From assembly GCA_951406725.2 (NCBI GenBank), contig OX597818.1, positions 71,114,001 to 71,178,000 of the forward strand: 64,000 bases of DNA, in the 5' to 3' direction. The translations under genes were made by a program, and so were the position numbers. The notes below the pieces were generated by a model. It did no database searches. It was not told the DNA's origin and was given only the letters and a program-made list of their open reading frames with translations. This document shows, in pieces, positions 1 through 13,744 of the stretch. The first letter of the stretch is position 1. Every line of letters starts with the position of its first letter. Source of the stretch: Octopus vulgaris (taxonomy: Eukaryota).

Positions 1-1151
1 TAAGACAAGTGAATGTATAACATTCAATATTCAAATTGTGTAGTAAAATAAAGACAAGTAAAGATTTAAATGAAATTAATTAAAATTTGAACCAAATATC
101 TTGAGAGTGCTTAAAAGATTACGCATAATGCAACCACCATTCAATAAATTAATTCCAATTCCCAAGATAGACTTCTAAATAAAAACTAAGTGAAACAGAA
201 AATATTATTAGCATTTAAGAGAAAATTGCCCAAATCATATTCCTCAAAGCTACTGAGGCACTTTTCTTTGTGTTATTTATTTATTCATTTATTTATTTTG
301 TAAGATTTCAAAATATTCTGCATAACAAAAAATACATTTTGTACTGTTCTACAAAATAAAATTTTCTTGATATCAAGAAAAAATAAAAGAAAAAGAAAGA
401 AAGAAAGATAGAAAAAAATTCCCCAAATTTTTCATTCTTTGTATGGCCACAGATTGAAAATCTACATACACACATCATCAGGAGAAAGAAAACTTTAATT
501 ATTTTTATTTACTTTATTTTCCCTAATTTTCAACCTTGAAGAAATGAAAAAAAAAATGAACAAACTTTAAACATTAAGGAACAACATTCACTCCAATTGG
601 TCCTACTGTGTATGTTGGTAAAAGTTTAACAATGAAAATCAATAATTTTTTTCTGTTTTCATGCAATCCCATACGGGACGTATTTATGGACATTTGAAAA
701 GAAATGTTCCAGGTAATTTCTATTGCATAAATGGACTTGTCTACCCTCTTACTTCTACCCAGCTTCAATGTTATTTTATACTGCATGGAAAAAGCAATAA
801 CCAGCTTGTTGGGGGTTTTTTTCTATTGGGAGTGAAAAAAGAATAATGACCAAAACAACAAATATATCTAATAATGACTTAACCTTTCCTGTAACACTTC
901 CATTAATTATCATTTTATATAGTGGGGTGTACACACACACACATTTGCATGTGTGTGTGAATAAGTGAATGTAGCCTTATATATTGAAATAATTTGGGCA
1001 CATACATTTTAGGTCAGTAAATTTTAGAATATTGTCTGAATGTGAAAATAATTAAAATTACAATATTAAAAGTTTGGTTTACTAGCAATAGTATACACAC
1101 ATATAAATACATATACATGAACACACACACACACACACACACACACATGTG

Positions 1152-1189
<38 letters not shown>

Positions 1190-1877
1190 CATACATACAT
1201 ACATAGAGAACAAGAGAATTGTTTAGATTAGATTAAATTAAATTAAATATTAATATCTTTATACTTTTAAAATTATTTTCTTTATTTTTACATGCCATAA
1301 TGCCAATTTTAAAATCTTTAATTTCTTTTTTCTTTCTTACATCATTGAAGTGATTACAATTTAAAAGTGACTTGTTAATTACACACTAATTGCAGTTGTC
1401 TTTAGTCTTAGATTTTATTTTGCTAAATCAATAATTTTCAAAATTAGATGTCTAAATATTTTCATTTATATTTCCTATATCCTCCATGCAAATTATTTTC
1501 TTTTAAAAATATTATAAAATAGAAAATTCTTATAAACTAATACCATTCCCATTCAGTATAGAACTTACAGAAAGAAGGAGAAGTTTAAGGGTTGACAAAC
1601 AATTCATTGACTATATATATATATTAAGTCTGCACATTTTCTGTCTTGTATTTTGATAAATCACTGCAAATTTTCACCGTTATTTTCGTGATTTTAATTT
1701 TCTTATATTAAAAGTCACTTTTTTTCTTCTTTTTCTTTTCTGTATTGTGTATTTTGTAAAGCAAAAAGAAAAAAAGAAGAGGAAAATAATTTGTTGTGGT
1801 ATATTATTTCACACACACACATGCACACACACACATGCACACGCATATATTATATACGTATACGTTGTCTGTTGTCT

Positions 1878-2055
1878 ATTTTCACTGTTGTGTTGCAGTA
1901 GGCATGGTTGTATGAAGAAGTTCACTTTACAATAACGTGATTTCATGGTTTATTCTACTGTGTGGCACCTTGGGAAAGTGTCTTGTACCAAAGCCTCAGG
2001 TTAATGAAAGTCTTGTGAGCAAAATTTGTAGAGGGAAATTGTATGGAAGCCTACT
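1878..2055 (+). mobile_element. Degenerate tRNA-type SINE (family A)
   Basis: Aligns by eye with copies at 49360-49525 (+) and 26745-26910 (-): ggcaccttgggaaagtgtctt...aaagtcttgtgag...ggaaattgtatggaagcc. Confidence 0.6.
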
Positions 2056-2938
2056 CTTAGGTGATAGGATTAGTCTGTTTTACCACTCGGCCCCTGGGAA
2101 TCTCCACCAGAGCTGACTCTGTTGCAAACATTTGGGCCAGGTTTCCAGTCTGAAGTCAGCTTACTCTCTCTTTTCCACCATTCTAAAAAGCCTTGAAAAG
2201 TTATTTTGAAAGAAAAATAAATGAATAATTGCTAATTATTTTCTATTACAAAGCCTAAGATAAATTTTGTGAAAGAGGGGTTACTTAACCAATTGAATTA
2301 TCCCAGAATATTACTGTTACATATTTCAGTAATTTTACAACAGTGAGTGAAGAGGGATGAAAAACTTGTCACTCTCAAGGGATAATGAAATATAAATTCT
2401 AAACGTAGAATTATGGAACTAAATATCTGTAAGATCTTTCATCTGGCTCTGTGTCATTCCTATCAACTTACTACTCAAATTCTATATCAATAGCTAGCAA
2501 TAAATTTCTCTGTTCTTCTAATGGTTTCAACTATTGGACTGTAGCCCTGTTGGAACCTTCAAGGTATTTTATCGTTACTTTTTTTTCAAATCCCACTTAA
2601 TCTGGTACTTCTCTGTTCTCATAAAATCCAAAATGCAAAGTCAACAGCAACACAAAAGAAGATAATTCAACTTCAATACAGCAGGACATTTCTGTTTCCG
2701 TGTACTGATTCTCACTCTTTGCTAATATGTACACGATATGATATTGATAATGTCTATAGTATATTATCTATTCTATATGATCTACTCTATATCATATTAA
2801 TACTTGTATACAAATAGCTTTGTGATATTAATAGTTCTTTATTATACCATTTTATATTGTCAATTGTTATGTATATCAGTAGTTCTAGATGAATACTTTT
2901 ATAAGGCAAATACATGTGCATTAGTACATATAGCACAA

Positions 2939-2980
2939 CTCTCTCTCTCTCTCTCTCCCTCCCTCTCTCTCTCCCGCTCT

Positions 2981-3045
<65 letters not shown>
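2939..3045. repeat. (CT)n microsatellite
   Basis: Direct inspection; source of the SLSLSL ORF. Confidence 0.95.
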
Positions 3046-3047
<2 letters not shown>

Positions 3048-3299
3048 TTACATAAACACCTAACCTGAAACTTAAACATAAACTGCATTCACCTTTTGAA
3101 ACTACTAGAAAGGACGATGGGCTCTACCACTCTTTATCTGAGTAAAAAAAAGGTTCAAAGTTAGTTATTTATCCACTTAATTAGAAGTATCAATCAGTGA
3201 ATAATTTTCTTTACTGACCATAGAGAGATGTCTGGTAAGATCTAACTCAACAGTGCATCACAACAAAATATAAAAGAATTATGAACCTACAACAGGCAA

Positions 3300-3490
3300 C
3301 AGTGTTGCTCAACAAGCTTGAAATAGCAACCAGATCTTCCTCAAATCACACCCTACTATCTTTAAAAAAGAAGCACATATTAAATAATGTAGTTCTAGAT
3401 ACAATTTATGTCTTGAAGGAAAAAGAGATGATATGGCCAATGCTAAGGCATCTTTGATCATAGATCTATTCAACTGGTGCTAACCCGATG
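3300..3490 (+). repeat. Old dispersed repeat of unknown class; related copies near 10940-11100, 44085-44250, 55895-56060, 60700-60780 (+) and 26190-26250 (-)
   Basis: Shared core gaaatagcaaccaaatc..cctcaaatcacaccctac..tcttaaaa...aatgtagtcctagata...ggctggaatgcctttga in several diverged copies. Confidence 0.55.
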
Positions 3491-3644
3491 CTAACCAATA
3501 ATGTATTCATGAATTATATGGCACTCCTCTTGCCTCCTGCTGTAAACCACACCTGCCCCAGGTATCTTATTACATGTAGATAGATTGACTGAACTCCTTA
3601 GAGTTAAAGCTGATTTTCCAGCTGAGAAACTAACTGCCAGGAGT

Positions 3645-6600
3645 GATTTCTTATACCTGTGCATACATGGTGTCACATATTGATTTCTTATACCTGTGCA
3701 TACATGGTATCACATATTGATTTCTTATACCTGTGCATACATGGTATCACATATAGATTTCTTATACCTGTGCATACATGGTATCACATATTGATTTCTT
3801 ATACCTGTGCATACATGGTATCACATATTGATTTCTTATACCTGTGCATACATGGTATCACATATTGATTTCTTATACCTGTGCATACATGGTATCACAT
3901 ATTGATTTCTTATACCTGTGCATACATGGTATCACATATTGATTTCTTATACCTGTGCATACATGGTATCACATATTGATTTCTTATACCTGTGCATACA
4001 TGGTATCACATATTGATTTCTTATACCTGTGCATACATGGTATCACATATTGATTTCTTATACCTGTGCATACATGGTATCACATATAGATGATTTCTTA
4101 TACCTGTGCATACATGGTATCACATATTGATTTCTTATATCTGTGCATACATGGTATCACATATTGATTTCTTATACCTGTGCATACATGGTATCACATA
4201 TTGATTTCTTATACCTGTGCATACATGGTATCACATATTGATTTCTTATACCTGTGCATACATGGTATCACATATTGATTTCTTATACCTGTGCATACAT
4301 GGTATCACATATTGATTTCTTATACCTGTGCATAACATGGTATTACATATAGATTTCTTATACCTGTGCATACATGGTATCACATATAGATTTCTTATAT
4401 CTGTGCATACATGGTATCACATATTGATTTCTTATACCTGTGCATACATGGTATCACATATTGATTTCTTATACCTGTGCATACATGGTATCACATATTG
4501 ATTTCTTATACCTGTGCATACATGGTATCACATATTGATTTCTTATACCTGTGCATACATGGTATCACATATTGATTTCTTATACCTGTGCATACATGGT
4601 ACCACATATAGATTTCTTATACCTGTGCATACATGGTGTCACATATAGATTTCTTATACCTGTGCATACATGGTATTACATATTGATTTCTTATACCTGT
4701 GCATACATGGTATCACATATTGATTTCTTATACCTGTGCATACATGGTATCACATATTGATTTCTTATACCTGTGCATACATGGTATCACATATTGATTT
4801 CTTATACCTGTGCATACATGGTATCACATATTGATTTCTTATACCTGTGCATACATGGTATCACATATTGATTTCTTATACCTGTGCATACATGGTATCA
4901 CATATAGATTTCTTATATCCTGTGCATACATGGTATCACATATTGATTTCTTATATACCTGTGCATACATGGTATCACATATAGATTTCTTATACCTGTG
5001 CATACATGGTATCACATATTGATTTCTTATACCTGTGCATACATGGTATCACATATAGATTTCTTATACCTGTGCATACATGGTATCACATATTGATTTC
5101 TTATACCTGTGCATACATGGTATCACATATTGATTTCTTATACCTGTGCATACATGGTATCACATATTGATTTCTTATACCTGTGCATACATGGTATCAC
5201 ATATTGAGATTTCTTATACCTGTGCATACATGGTATCACATATTGATTTCTTATACCTGTGCATACATGGTATCACATATAGATTTCTTATACCTGTGCA
5301 TACATGGTATCACATATTGATTTCTTATACCTGTGCATACATGGTATCACATATTGATTTCTTATACCTGTGCATACATGGTATCACATATTGATTTCTT
5401 ATACCTGTGCATACATGGTATCACATATAGATTTCTTATACCTGTGCATACATGGTATCACATATAGATTTCTTATACCTGTGCATACATGGTATCACAT
5501 ATAGATTTCTTATACCTGTGCATACATGGTATCACATATAGATTTCTTATACCTGTGCATACATGGTATCACATATAGATTTCTTATACCTGTGCATACA
5601 TGGTATCACATATTGATTTCTTATACCTGTGCATACATGGTATCACATATAGATTTCTTATACCTGTGCATACATGGTATCACATATTGATTTCTTATAC
5701 CTGTGCATACATGGTATCACATATAGATTTCTTATACCTGTGCATACATGGTATCACATATAGATTTCTTATACCTGTGCATACATGGTATCACATATTG
5801 ATTTCTTATACCTGTGCATACATGGTATCACATATTGATTTCTTATACTGTGCATTTATCACATTAGATACCTGTGCATACATGGTATCACATATTGATT
5901 TCTTATATCTGTGCTGCATACATGGTATCACATATTGAGATTTCTTATACCTGTGCATACATGGTATCACATATTGATTTCTTTTACCTGTGCATACATG
6001 GTATCACATATTGATTTCTTATACCTGTGCATACATGGTATCACATATAGATTTCTTATACCTGTGCATACATGGTATCACATATTGATTTCTTATACCT
6101 GTGCATACATGGTATCACATATAGATTTCTTATACCTGTGCATACATGGTATCACATATAGATTTCTTATACCTGTGCATACATGGTATCACATATTGAT
6201 TTCTTATACCTGTGCATACATGGTATCACATATAGATTTCTTATACCTGTGCATACATGGTATCACATATTGATTTCTTATACCTGTGCATACATGGTAT
6301 CACATATAGATTTCTTATACCTGTGCATACATGGTATCACATATTGATTTCTTATACCTGTGCATACATGGTATCACATATTGATTTCTTATACCTGTGC
6401 ATACATGGTATCACATATAGATTTCTTTTACCTGTGCATACATGGTATCACATATTGATTTCTTATACCTGTGCATACATGGTATCACATATAGATTTCT
6501 TTTACCTGTGCATACATGGTATCACATATTGATTTCTTATACCTGTGCATACATGGTATCACATATAGATTTCTTATACCTGTGCATACATGGTATCACA

Positions 6601-9600
6601 TATAGATTTCTTATACCTGTGCATACATGGTATCACATATTGATTTCTTATACCTGTGCATACATGGTATCACATATAGATTTCTTATACCTGTGCATAC
6701 ATGGTATCACATATTGATTTCTTATACCTGTGCATACATGGTATCACATATAGATTTCTTATACCTGTGCATACATGGTATCACATATAGATTTCTTATA
6801 CCTGTGCATACATGGTATCACATATTGATTTCTTATACCTGTGCATACATGGTATCACATATAGATTTCTTATACCTGTGCATACATGGTATCACATATT
6901 GATTTCTTATACCTGTGCATACATGGTATCACATATAGATTTCTTATACCTGTGCATACATGGTATCACATATTGATTTCTTATACCTGTGCATACATGG
7001 TATCACATATTGATTTCTTATACCTGTGCATACATGGTATCACATATTGATTTCTTATACCTGTGCATACATGGTATCACATATTGATTTCTTATACCTG
7101 TGCATACATGGTATCACATATAGATTTCTTATACCTGTGCATACATGGTATCACATATTGATTTCTTATACCTGTGATTTCTATATACCTGTGCATACAT
7201 GGTATCACATATTGATTTCTTATACCTGTGCATACATGGTATCACATATAGATTTCTTATACCTGTGCATACATGGTATCACATATAGATTTCTTATACC
7301 TGTGCATACATGGTATCACATATTGATTTCTTATGCATATACATGGTATCACATATAATTTCTTATACCTGTGCATACATGGTATCACATATTGATTTCT
7401 TATACCTGTGCATACATGGTATCACATATTGATTTCTTATACCTGTGCATACATGGTATCACATATTGATTTCTTATACCTGTGCATACATGGTATCACA
7501 TATTGATTTCTTATACCTGTGCATACATGGTATCACACATATTGATTTCTTATACCTGTGCATACATGGTATCACATATTGATTTCTTATACCTGTGCAT
7601 ACATGGTATCACATATAGATTTCTTATACCTGTGCATACATGGTATCACATATTGATTTCTTATACCTGTGCATACATGGTATCACATATTGATTTCTTA
7701 TACCTGTGCATACATGGTATACACACATATTGATTTCTTATACCTGTGCATACATGGTATCACATATTGATTTCTTATACCTGTGCATACATGGTATCAC
7801 ATATTGATTTCTTATACCTGTGCATACATGGTATCACATATTGATTTCTTATACCTGTGCATACATGGTATCACATATTGATTTCTTATACCTGTGCATA
7901 CATGGTATCACATATATTTCTTATACCTGATTTCTTATACCTGTGCATACATGGTATCACATATTGATTTCTTATACCTGTGCATACATGGTATCACATA
8001 TTGATTTCTTATACCTGTGCATACATGGTATCACATATTGATTTCTTATACCTGTGCATACATGGTATCACATATTGATTTCTTATACCTGTGCATACAT
8101 GATATCACATATTGATTTCTTATACCTGTGCATACATGGTATCACATATAGATTTCTTTTACCTGTGCATACATGGTATCACATATTGATTTCTTATACC
8201 TGTGCATACATGGTATCACATATAGATTTCTTATACCTGTGCATACATGGTATCACATATTGATTTCTTATACCTGTGCATACATGGTATCACATATTGA
8301 TTTCTTATACCTGTGCATACATGGTATCACATATTGATTTCTTATACCTGTGCATACATGGTATCACATATTGATTTCTTATACCTGTGCATACATGGTA
8401 TCACATATGGTATCACATATAGATTTCTTATACCTGTGCATACATGGTATCACATATTGATTTCTTATACCTGTGCATACATGGTATCACATATTGATTT
8501 CTTATACTATACCTGTTTCTTATACTGTGCATACATGGTATCACATATTGATTTCTTATACCTGTGCATACATGGTATCACATATTGATTTCTTATACCT
8601 GTGCATACATGGTATCACATTTGATATACCTGTGCATACATGGTATATCACATATTGATTTCTTATACCTGTGCATACATGGTATCACATATAGATTTCT
8701 TATACCTGTGCATACATGGTATCACATATTGATTTCTTATACCTGTGCATACATGGTATCACATATAGATTTCTTATACCTGTGCATACATGGTATCACA
8801 TATTGATTTCTTATACCTGTGCATACATGGTATCACATATTGATTTCTTATACCTGTGCATACATGGTATCACATATTGATTTCTTATACCTGTGCATAC
8901 ATGGTATCACATATTGATTTCTTATACCTGTGCATACATGGTATCACATATTGATTTCTTATACCTGTGCATACATGGTATCACATATTGATTTCTTATA
9001 CCTGTGCATACATGGTATCACATATTGATTTCTTATACCTGTGCATACATGATATCACATATTGATTTCTTATACCTGTGCATACATGGTATCACATATT
9101 GATTTCTTATACCTGTGCATACATGGTATCACATATTGATTTCTTATACCTGTGCATACATGGTATCACATATTGATTTCTTATACCTGTGCATACATGG
9201 TATCACATATTGATTTCTTATACCTGTGCATACATGGTATCACATATAGATTTCTTATACCTGTGCATACATGGTATCACATATTGATTTCTTATACCTG
9301 TGCATACATGGTATCACATATTGATTTCTTATACCTGTGCATACATGGTATCACATATAGATTTCTTATACCTGTGCATACATGGTATCACATATGATTT
9401 CTATTGATTTCTTATACCTGTGCATACATGGTATCACATATAGATTTCTTATACCTGTGCATACATGGTATCACATATTGATTTCTTATACCTGTGCATA
9501 CATGGTATCACATATAGATTTCTTATACCTGTGCATACATGGTATCACATATTGATTTCTTATACCTGTGCATACATGGTATCACATATAGATTTCTTAT

Positions 9601-9673
9601 ACCTGTGCATACATGGTATCACATATTGATTTCTTATACCTGTGCATACATGGTATCACATATTGATTTCTTA
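3645..9673. repeat. 37-bp tandem minisatellite, about 160 copies, unit GATTTCTTATACCTGTGCATACATGGTATCACATAT(T/A)
   Basis: Head-to-tail copies with no spacers, one recurrent T/A variant, a few broken units and sharp boundaries. Confidence 0.98.
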
Positions 9674-9753
9674 AATAACTGTAAAATTTTATATTTATAA
9701 AGGAATGCAGTGAAAGTTATTTCCAAGCTTCTCACAAGGAATTTTATACAATA

Positions 9754-10137
9754 CTAGCAGTATCGCCCGGCATTGCTCAGGTTTGTAAGGGAAATAACTA
9801 TAAAGCATTTTTAGAGAGTTATAGCCAAAAAATAGCAAAAAAATGGAAAAAAATGATGGTAAATTTTTTTTGAGATTTAAATAAGGTAGAGTTGCGTCCC
9901 CTACATAGTTTGTGGTTCGTGTTCCTGATTCTCGACCCCATGTCGAATTTATCGATTTTTTTCAGAACTGGGGGAACTTTTCAAAATTTTCGCTGCGTTA
10001 GTTTTGAATTATGACATTGGGCTATGTGTGTGTCAAGTTTCATCAGAATCGGTTGAAAGCCGTGGTCAGGGTGAGGGTACAAGCAAACAGACACACAGAA
10101 ACACGCACAGACAAACTGCCGTTTATATAGAGAGAGA
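9754..10137 (-). mobile_element. Non-autonomous Helitron-like element (384 bp)
   Basis: On the minus strand it starts TC(TCTCTCTATATAAACGGCAGTTTGTCTGT...) and ends ...CTGAGCAATGCCGGGCGATACTGCTAG, with a GC-rich subterminal imperfect hairpin and a CTAG end. It sits between host A and T with no TSD. Confidence 0.8.
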
Positions 10138-12919
10138 TGAGGCTTGAACAATATTTTCTTTTTTAAGATACAATTCTGTATAAGAATGTAGCTCTAGACT
10201 TGTAAAGTGGAAAGAGTGAACAAGGAAAAGTAGGGTGCGGATGATAATGATCATTGTAAAGGGTTTTGTATAAGTTAACTGAATCTATACTCGTATATTA
10301 TTACTGAAAATTATTTTATCAACTCTAGTGGAATAAAAGACAAAATTAAGTATGGTTACAAGGAAACTTGAAGCCAAGAATAAAATGTAATGATGTAATA
10401 CAAGAAATTTTGTGCTGTCTGATCATCCCTGGTCTACATACTCCTGTCGATGATAGTGTGTAAATAAAGTAGACTCTTTACTGAATGAATAATTATGATA
10501 TTGTATCTTCCATACAAGATTCAATTAAGCATACATTTGTTGAATATATTTCTAATCAACAGTTTCTATAAAACCATAAAATGTTTTAGAAATTATTGCC
10601 ATTTTCAAATTTGTGCATTGTTTTTTCTTTTTAGATATTAATCTTTAAAAAGAAATGGTGTTAAACATCAACTCTTTTTTTTCCTTAGGTTCATTTTATT
10701 TTTCCAGTGAATCTACCTTTGTTTAAGTATCCAATGACAAGTGAGTTATGATAATAGGCAACTTTATGCCAACTTCATGATAATTTCTATTGTAACGATC
10801 ATACTGTGGCACTTTGTTTTGTGCAATACTCATTTCTCTTCTTCCTCACTCAGTCTTAGACAAGACACAGTTCTAAGTCCTCAACTAAACTAACTGAATG
10901 TTGGGAAACTTTTGGACAAACATTTGTTCCCTATTGAGGGAGCTTTTCTGTGTGGTCATTGTCCTACAAGAAATAACATCCAAATCAAACCTTATACCTT
11001 TTAAAAAAAGAATACAATGTAGTTTCGGATATACAAAATATACAAAAAGACAGGACAGTCATGGCTGAGATTCCTTTGATCAGATGGATCAAGATTGACC
11101 TGACATCTGGAAGTAGAGAAAATATGATTCACAAAATAGATTTCAAACATCAGATATTGAACATTGTAAGTGAAGAGAATTTTGCTTTTATATCAGCAAA
11201 ATCCTTGAAAATATGCTTTTAAAAATTCTTCAAAACAAAGAGAACCTTCTTTGAATGAGAAATATTCACTTTTAAAAAGAATAACATTGCTTGTCTTAAA
11301 ATGTCTTAGACAAATGTTTCATATATTGTTGGGACAGATAATATTCTAGTTTGGTGATTTTTCTGAATTTTTTTACTTATACAATTAAGCTTTTTTTTTT
11401 ACCTTTTTTTCAAGTGATGAGTCTTAAAATATGTGTTAATCTTGGAAGAAATATTTTCCCCACTGGAATTTCCCATTTATGGTTTTTCTTCACAAAGTAC
11501 TTGCAAACACATTTTGTTTTTTTTAGATTTACTTTTAGTTGCTACATCTGGAACTGAACAAACAAAAGTTGATTTGGGGAAATTCATTCTTCTGCCAAGG
11601 AGTATTTTATCTAAGCTTCCTTCTATTCATTTTCGCATTGGCTCAGATAATCAAAAAGCATTCTTGTGGGAGTTATGTAAAAGAATGTACCCAAGTTATT
11701 TGAATTTGTTTTACATTACATTTTTTTAATATGCCATTCTCAGGATTATGCTACAGATATTTTGACATGCTCTCTTGGGTAGTTTTCACTGTCACAATTT
11801 TTTTTCAGTATCTTTTGTGAGTATTTTCTCGGAATATATTTTGCAAACAGCTTCAGATTCCCATGGGTTTCCATAATAACAGGAATAGTTATCAAATGAA
11901 TTTAGTGAAAGGAATTAGGAAAGGCATTCAGCTGTAAAGTATTTTGCGCTAGCAATTTATGAAATATATCTGACTATGCAGAACTGGCATGGAAACGTAG
12001 CTGTAGATATATTTCAAACAATAATAAATCTCATCTTCAACTGAAATAGCAAGAAAATATTTACATTTTTTATGTATATATTAAAATGAAGTCTTATTTG
12101 AGAAATGTACACTTTATAATTGGAAGAAAATTACATACATATACACACAAATACACAAGTGAAATTCCATTATAATAAATATCAATATAATGAATTTTTC
12201 ACTATAACCATTTATTTTTTTTCAATTCCCAGCAATAATGCTACTGGAACAAAGGTAAATGAGTCCCATTAAAACAACATTCATTACAACATATACCTAA
12301 GTACAATGAAGCAAAATTAAACTCCCAAGCACTACACTGAAAAACAAATACTTTTTAGATAACAGTTTTGTCAAGTCAGGTATGCATATTAACCATCCAT
12401 CCATCCATCTATGCATGCTTACATACATACATGCGCACACACACACACACACATATATCAGCTAGAGCAGGGACAATGGCATTATTAAGTGGTCAGACAC
12501 CATACTAACATGCAGATGTGTCAGATGCAGGCACAAAATACAAAGGTGTTTATGTGTGTTCATTTGATAGTTTTTCTATTTTACAATCAAAAATAGAAAT
12601 TTCACAAAATCAAATCAAAACAAATCATTTCAATTTAATTTGCTCTGTGTTCATGCACTAAAAATATACAAATTCAAATGGTCCCATTAACTAGGTATTA
12701 GATAGAGAGCTATCAGGTACTTCACAAAATGCCAAATTGAAGGACTAAATATAGTTAAATTCAATAGCTTTTAGGGAACTCTTCATAAATTCTATTAGCT
12801 TTAATTTTGATTCATATTTGGTCTCTTATTGATTTTGTCTCTATTATCACCATTGAATTGAAATAATAATTTGAAAAACAGACAGGATGATCACAGTTGA
12901 AATTTTTATTCTTATTAAT

Positions 12920-13205
12920 GTGGGACAGAAAATTAATATTTGGATACGAAAGCACACAAGAGTCAATGACATCATAAGGACCATCAAGGAGAACAAATAT
13001 AGATGGGCTTGCCCTATTTTGTGATAGAAAGGCAACAGGTGGACAATCAGTGAGACTAGGACAATGGACAAGATTAAGAAGCTGACCAAAGACAAGATAG
13101 TGAGATGATCTCACCCACTACCTGGGAGCTATATGGCCACAACTGGCCAGTGATAGACAGTAGTAGAAGGAGTTCAAGGAGGGGTTCCTCTTTCAAGAAT
13201 GATGA
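12920..13205 (+). mobile_element. Degenerate 3' fragment of an RTE/RTE-X-like LINE ORF2
   Basis: Frameshifted translation WIRKHTRVNDIIRTIKENKYRWA...NRWT...RPKTR*..DDL..YLGAIWPQLA, typical of the RTE ORF2 C-terminus. Confidence 0.7.
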
Positions 13206-13744
13206 AACCCTGGAAAGGAACTAATGTGGAAAAAAAAACTGAATCTGTCACAAAAAAGATAGGAAGGTTACTACTGGAAAATTAGACAGAAAAATCCTTA
13301 TTCCAATAGATACATGGGATAGTCATGGTTGGAATGCTTTTATTTTTACTAATGGCCACAGATGGAAAATTTGAAAATTTCCTTCTACTATGATCAGTGG
13401 TAGGCACACCTAACTAAAAAGTTAGCTTTGCTAATTAGCTGTTAACGAATTAGCAGTATCATGCCCACCACTGACTATGAACAAAGCAATTTGCATATTT
13501 TTAATGAATATGTAAGGTATAAAAGGTAGATATATCAAATACACATATCCACCACTTTTCCTTTTTATTTTTTATAAATATTTCTCTAGGTTCCTATGTT
13601 TTCAGTAACAGAGATTATGAGTTTGCACGAAAAACTTCCCAAAATTTTAAATCAATCCACCACATCCCAAATTTTTATTATCTTTTATCTTCTACTAGTT
13701 TCAGCTCATTTTCATTTCTTGGGACCTCCTTTGAGTGACATTTC

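Noticed and set aside
574-846. Short ORFs and donor-like sites (ttg|gtaaaa, cag|gtaatt) as a possible exon
   Set aside because: No convincing polypyrimidine-AG acceptor gives an open, phase-compatible exon, and the peptide is unrecognisable.
3659-9397. Repetitive His/Tyr/Cys-rich ORFs (MVSHIDFLYLCIHGITY...)
   Set aside because: These are translations of the minisatellite cycling through three frames, with frequent stops and no splice or start context.
3645-9673. CRISPR array (37-bp repeat with internal hairpin)
   Set aside because: Units are directly adjacent with no unique spacers, there are no cas genes, and the context is eukaryotic.
10689-10740. Candidate exon ttccttag|...|gtgagt
   Set aside because: The frame that would join the phase-0 exon at 40460 contains TGA, and the composition is intron-like.
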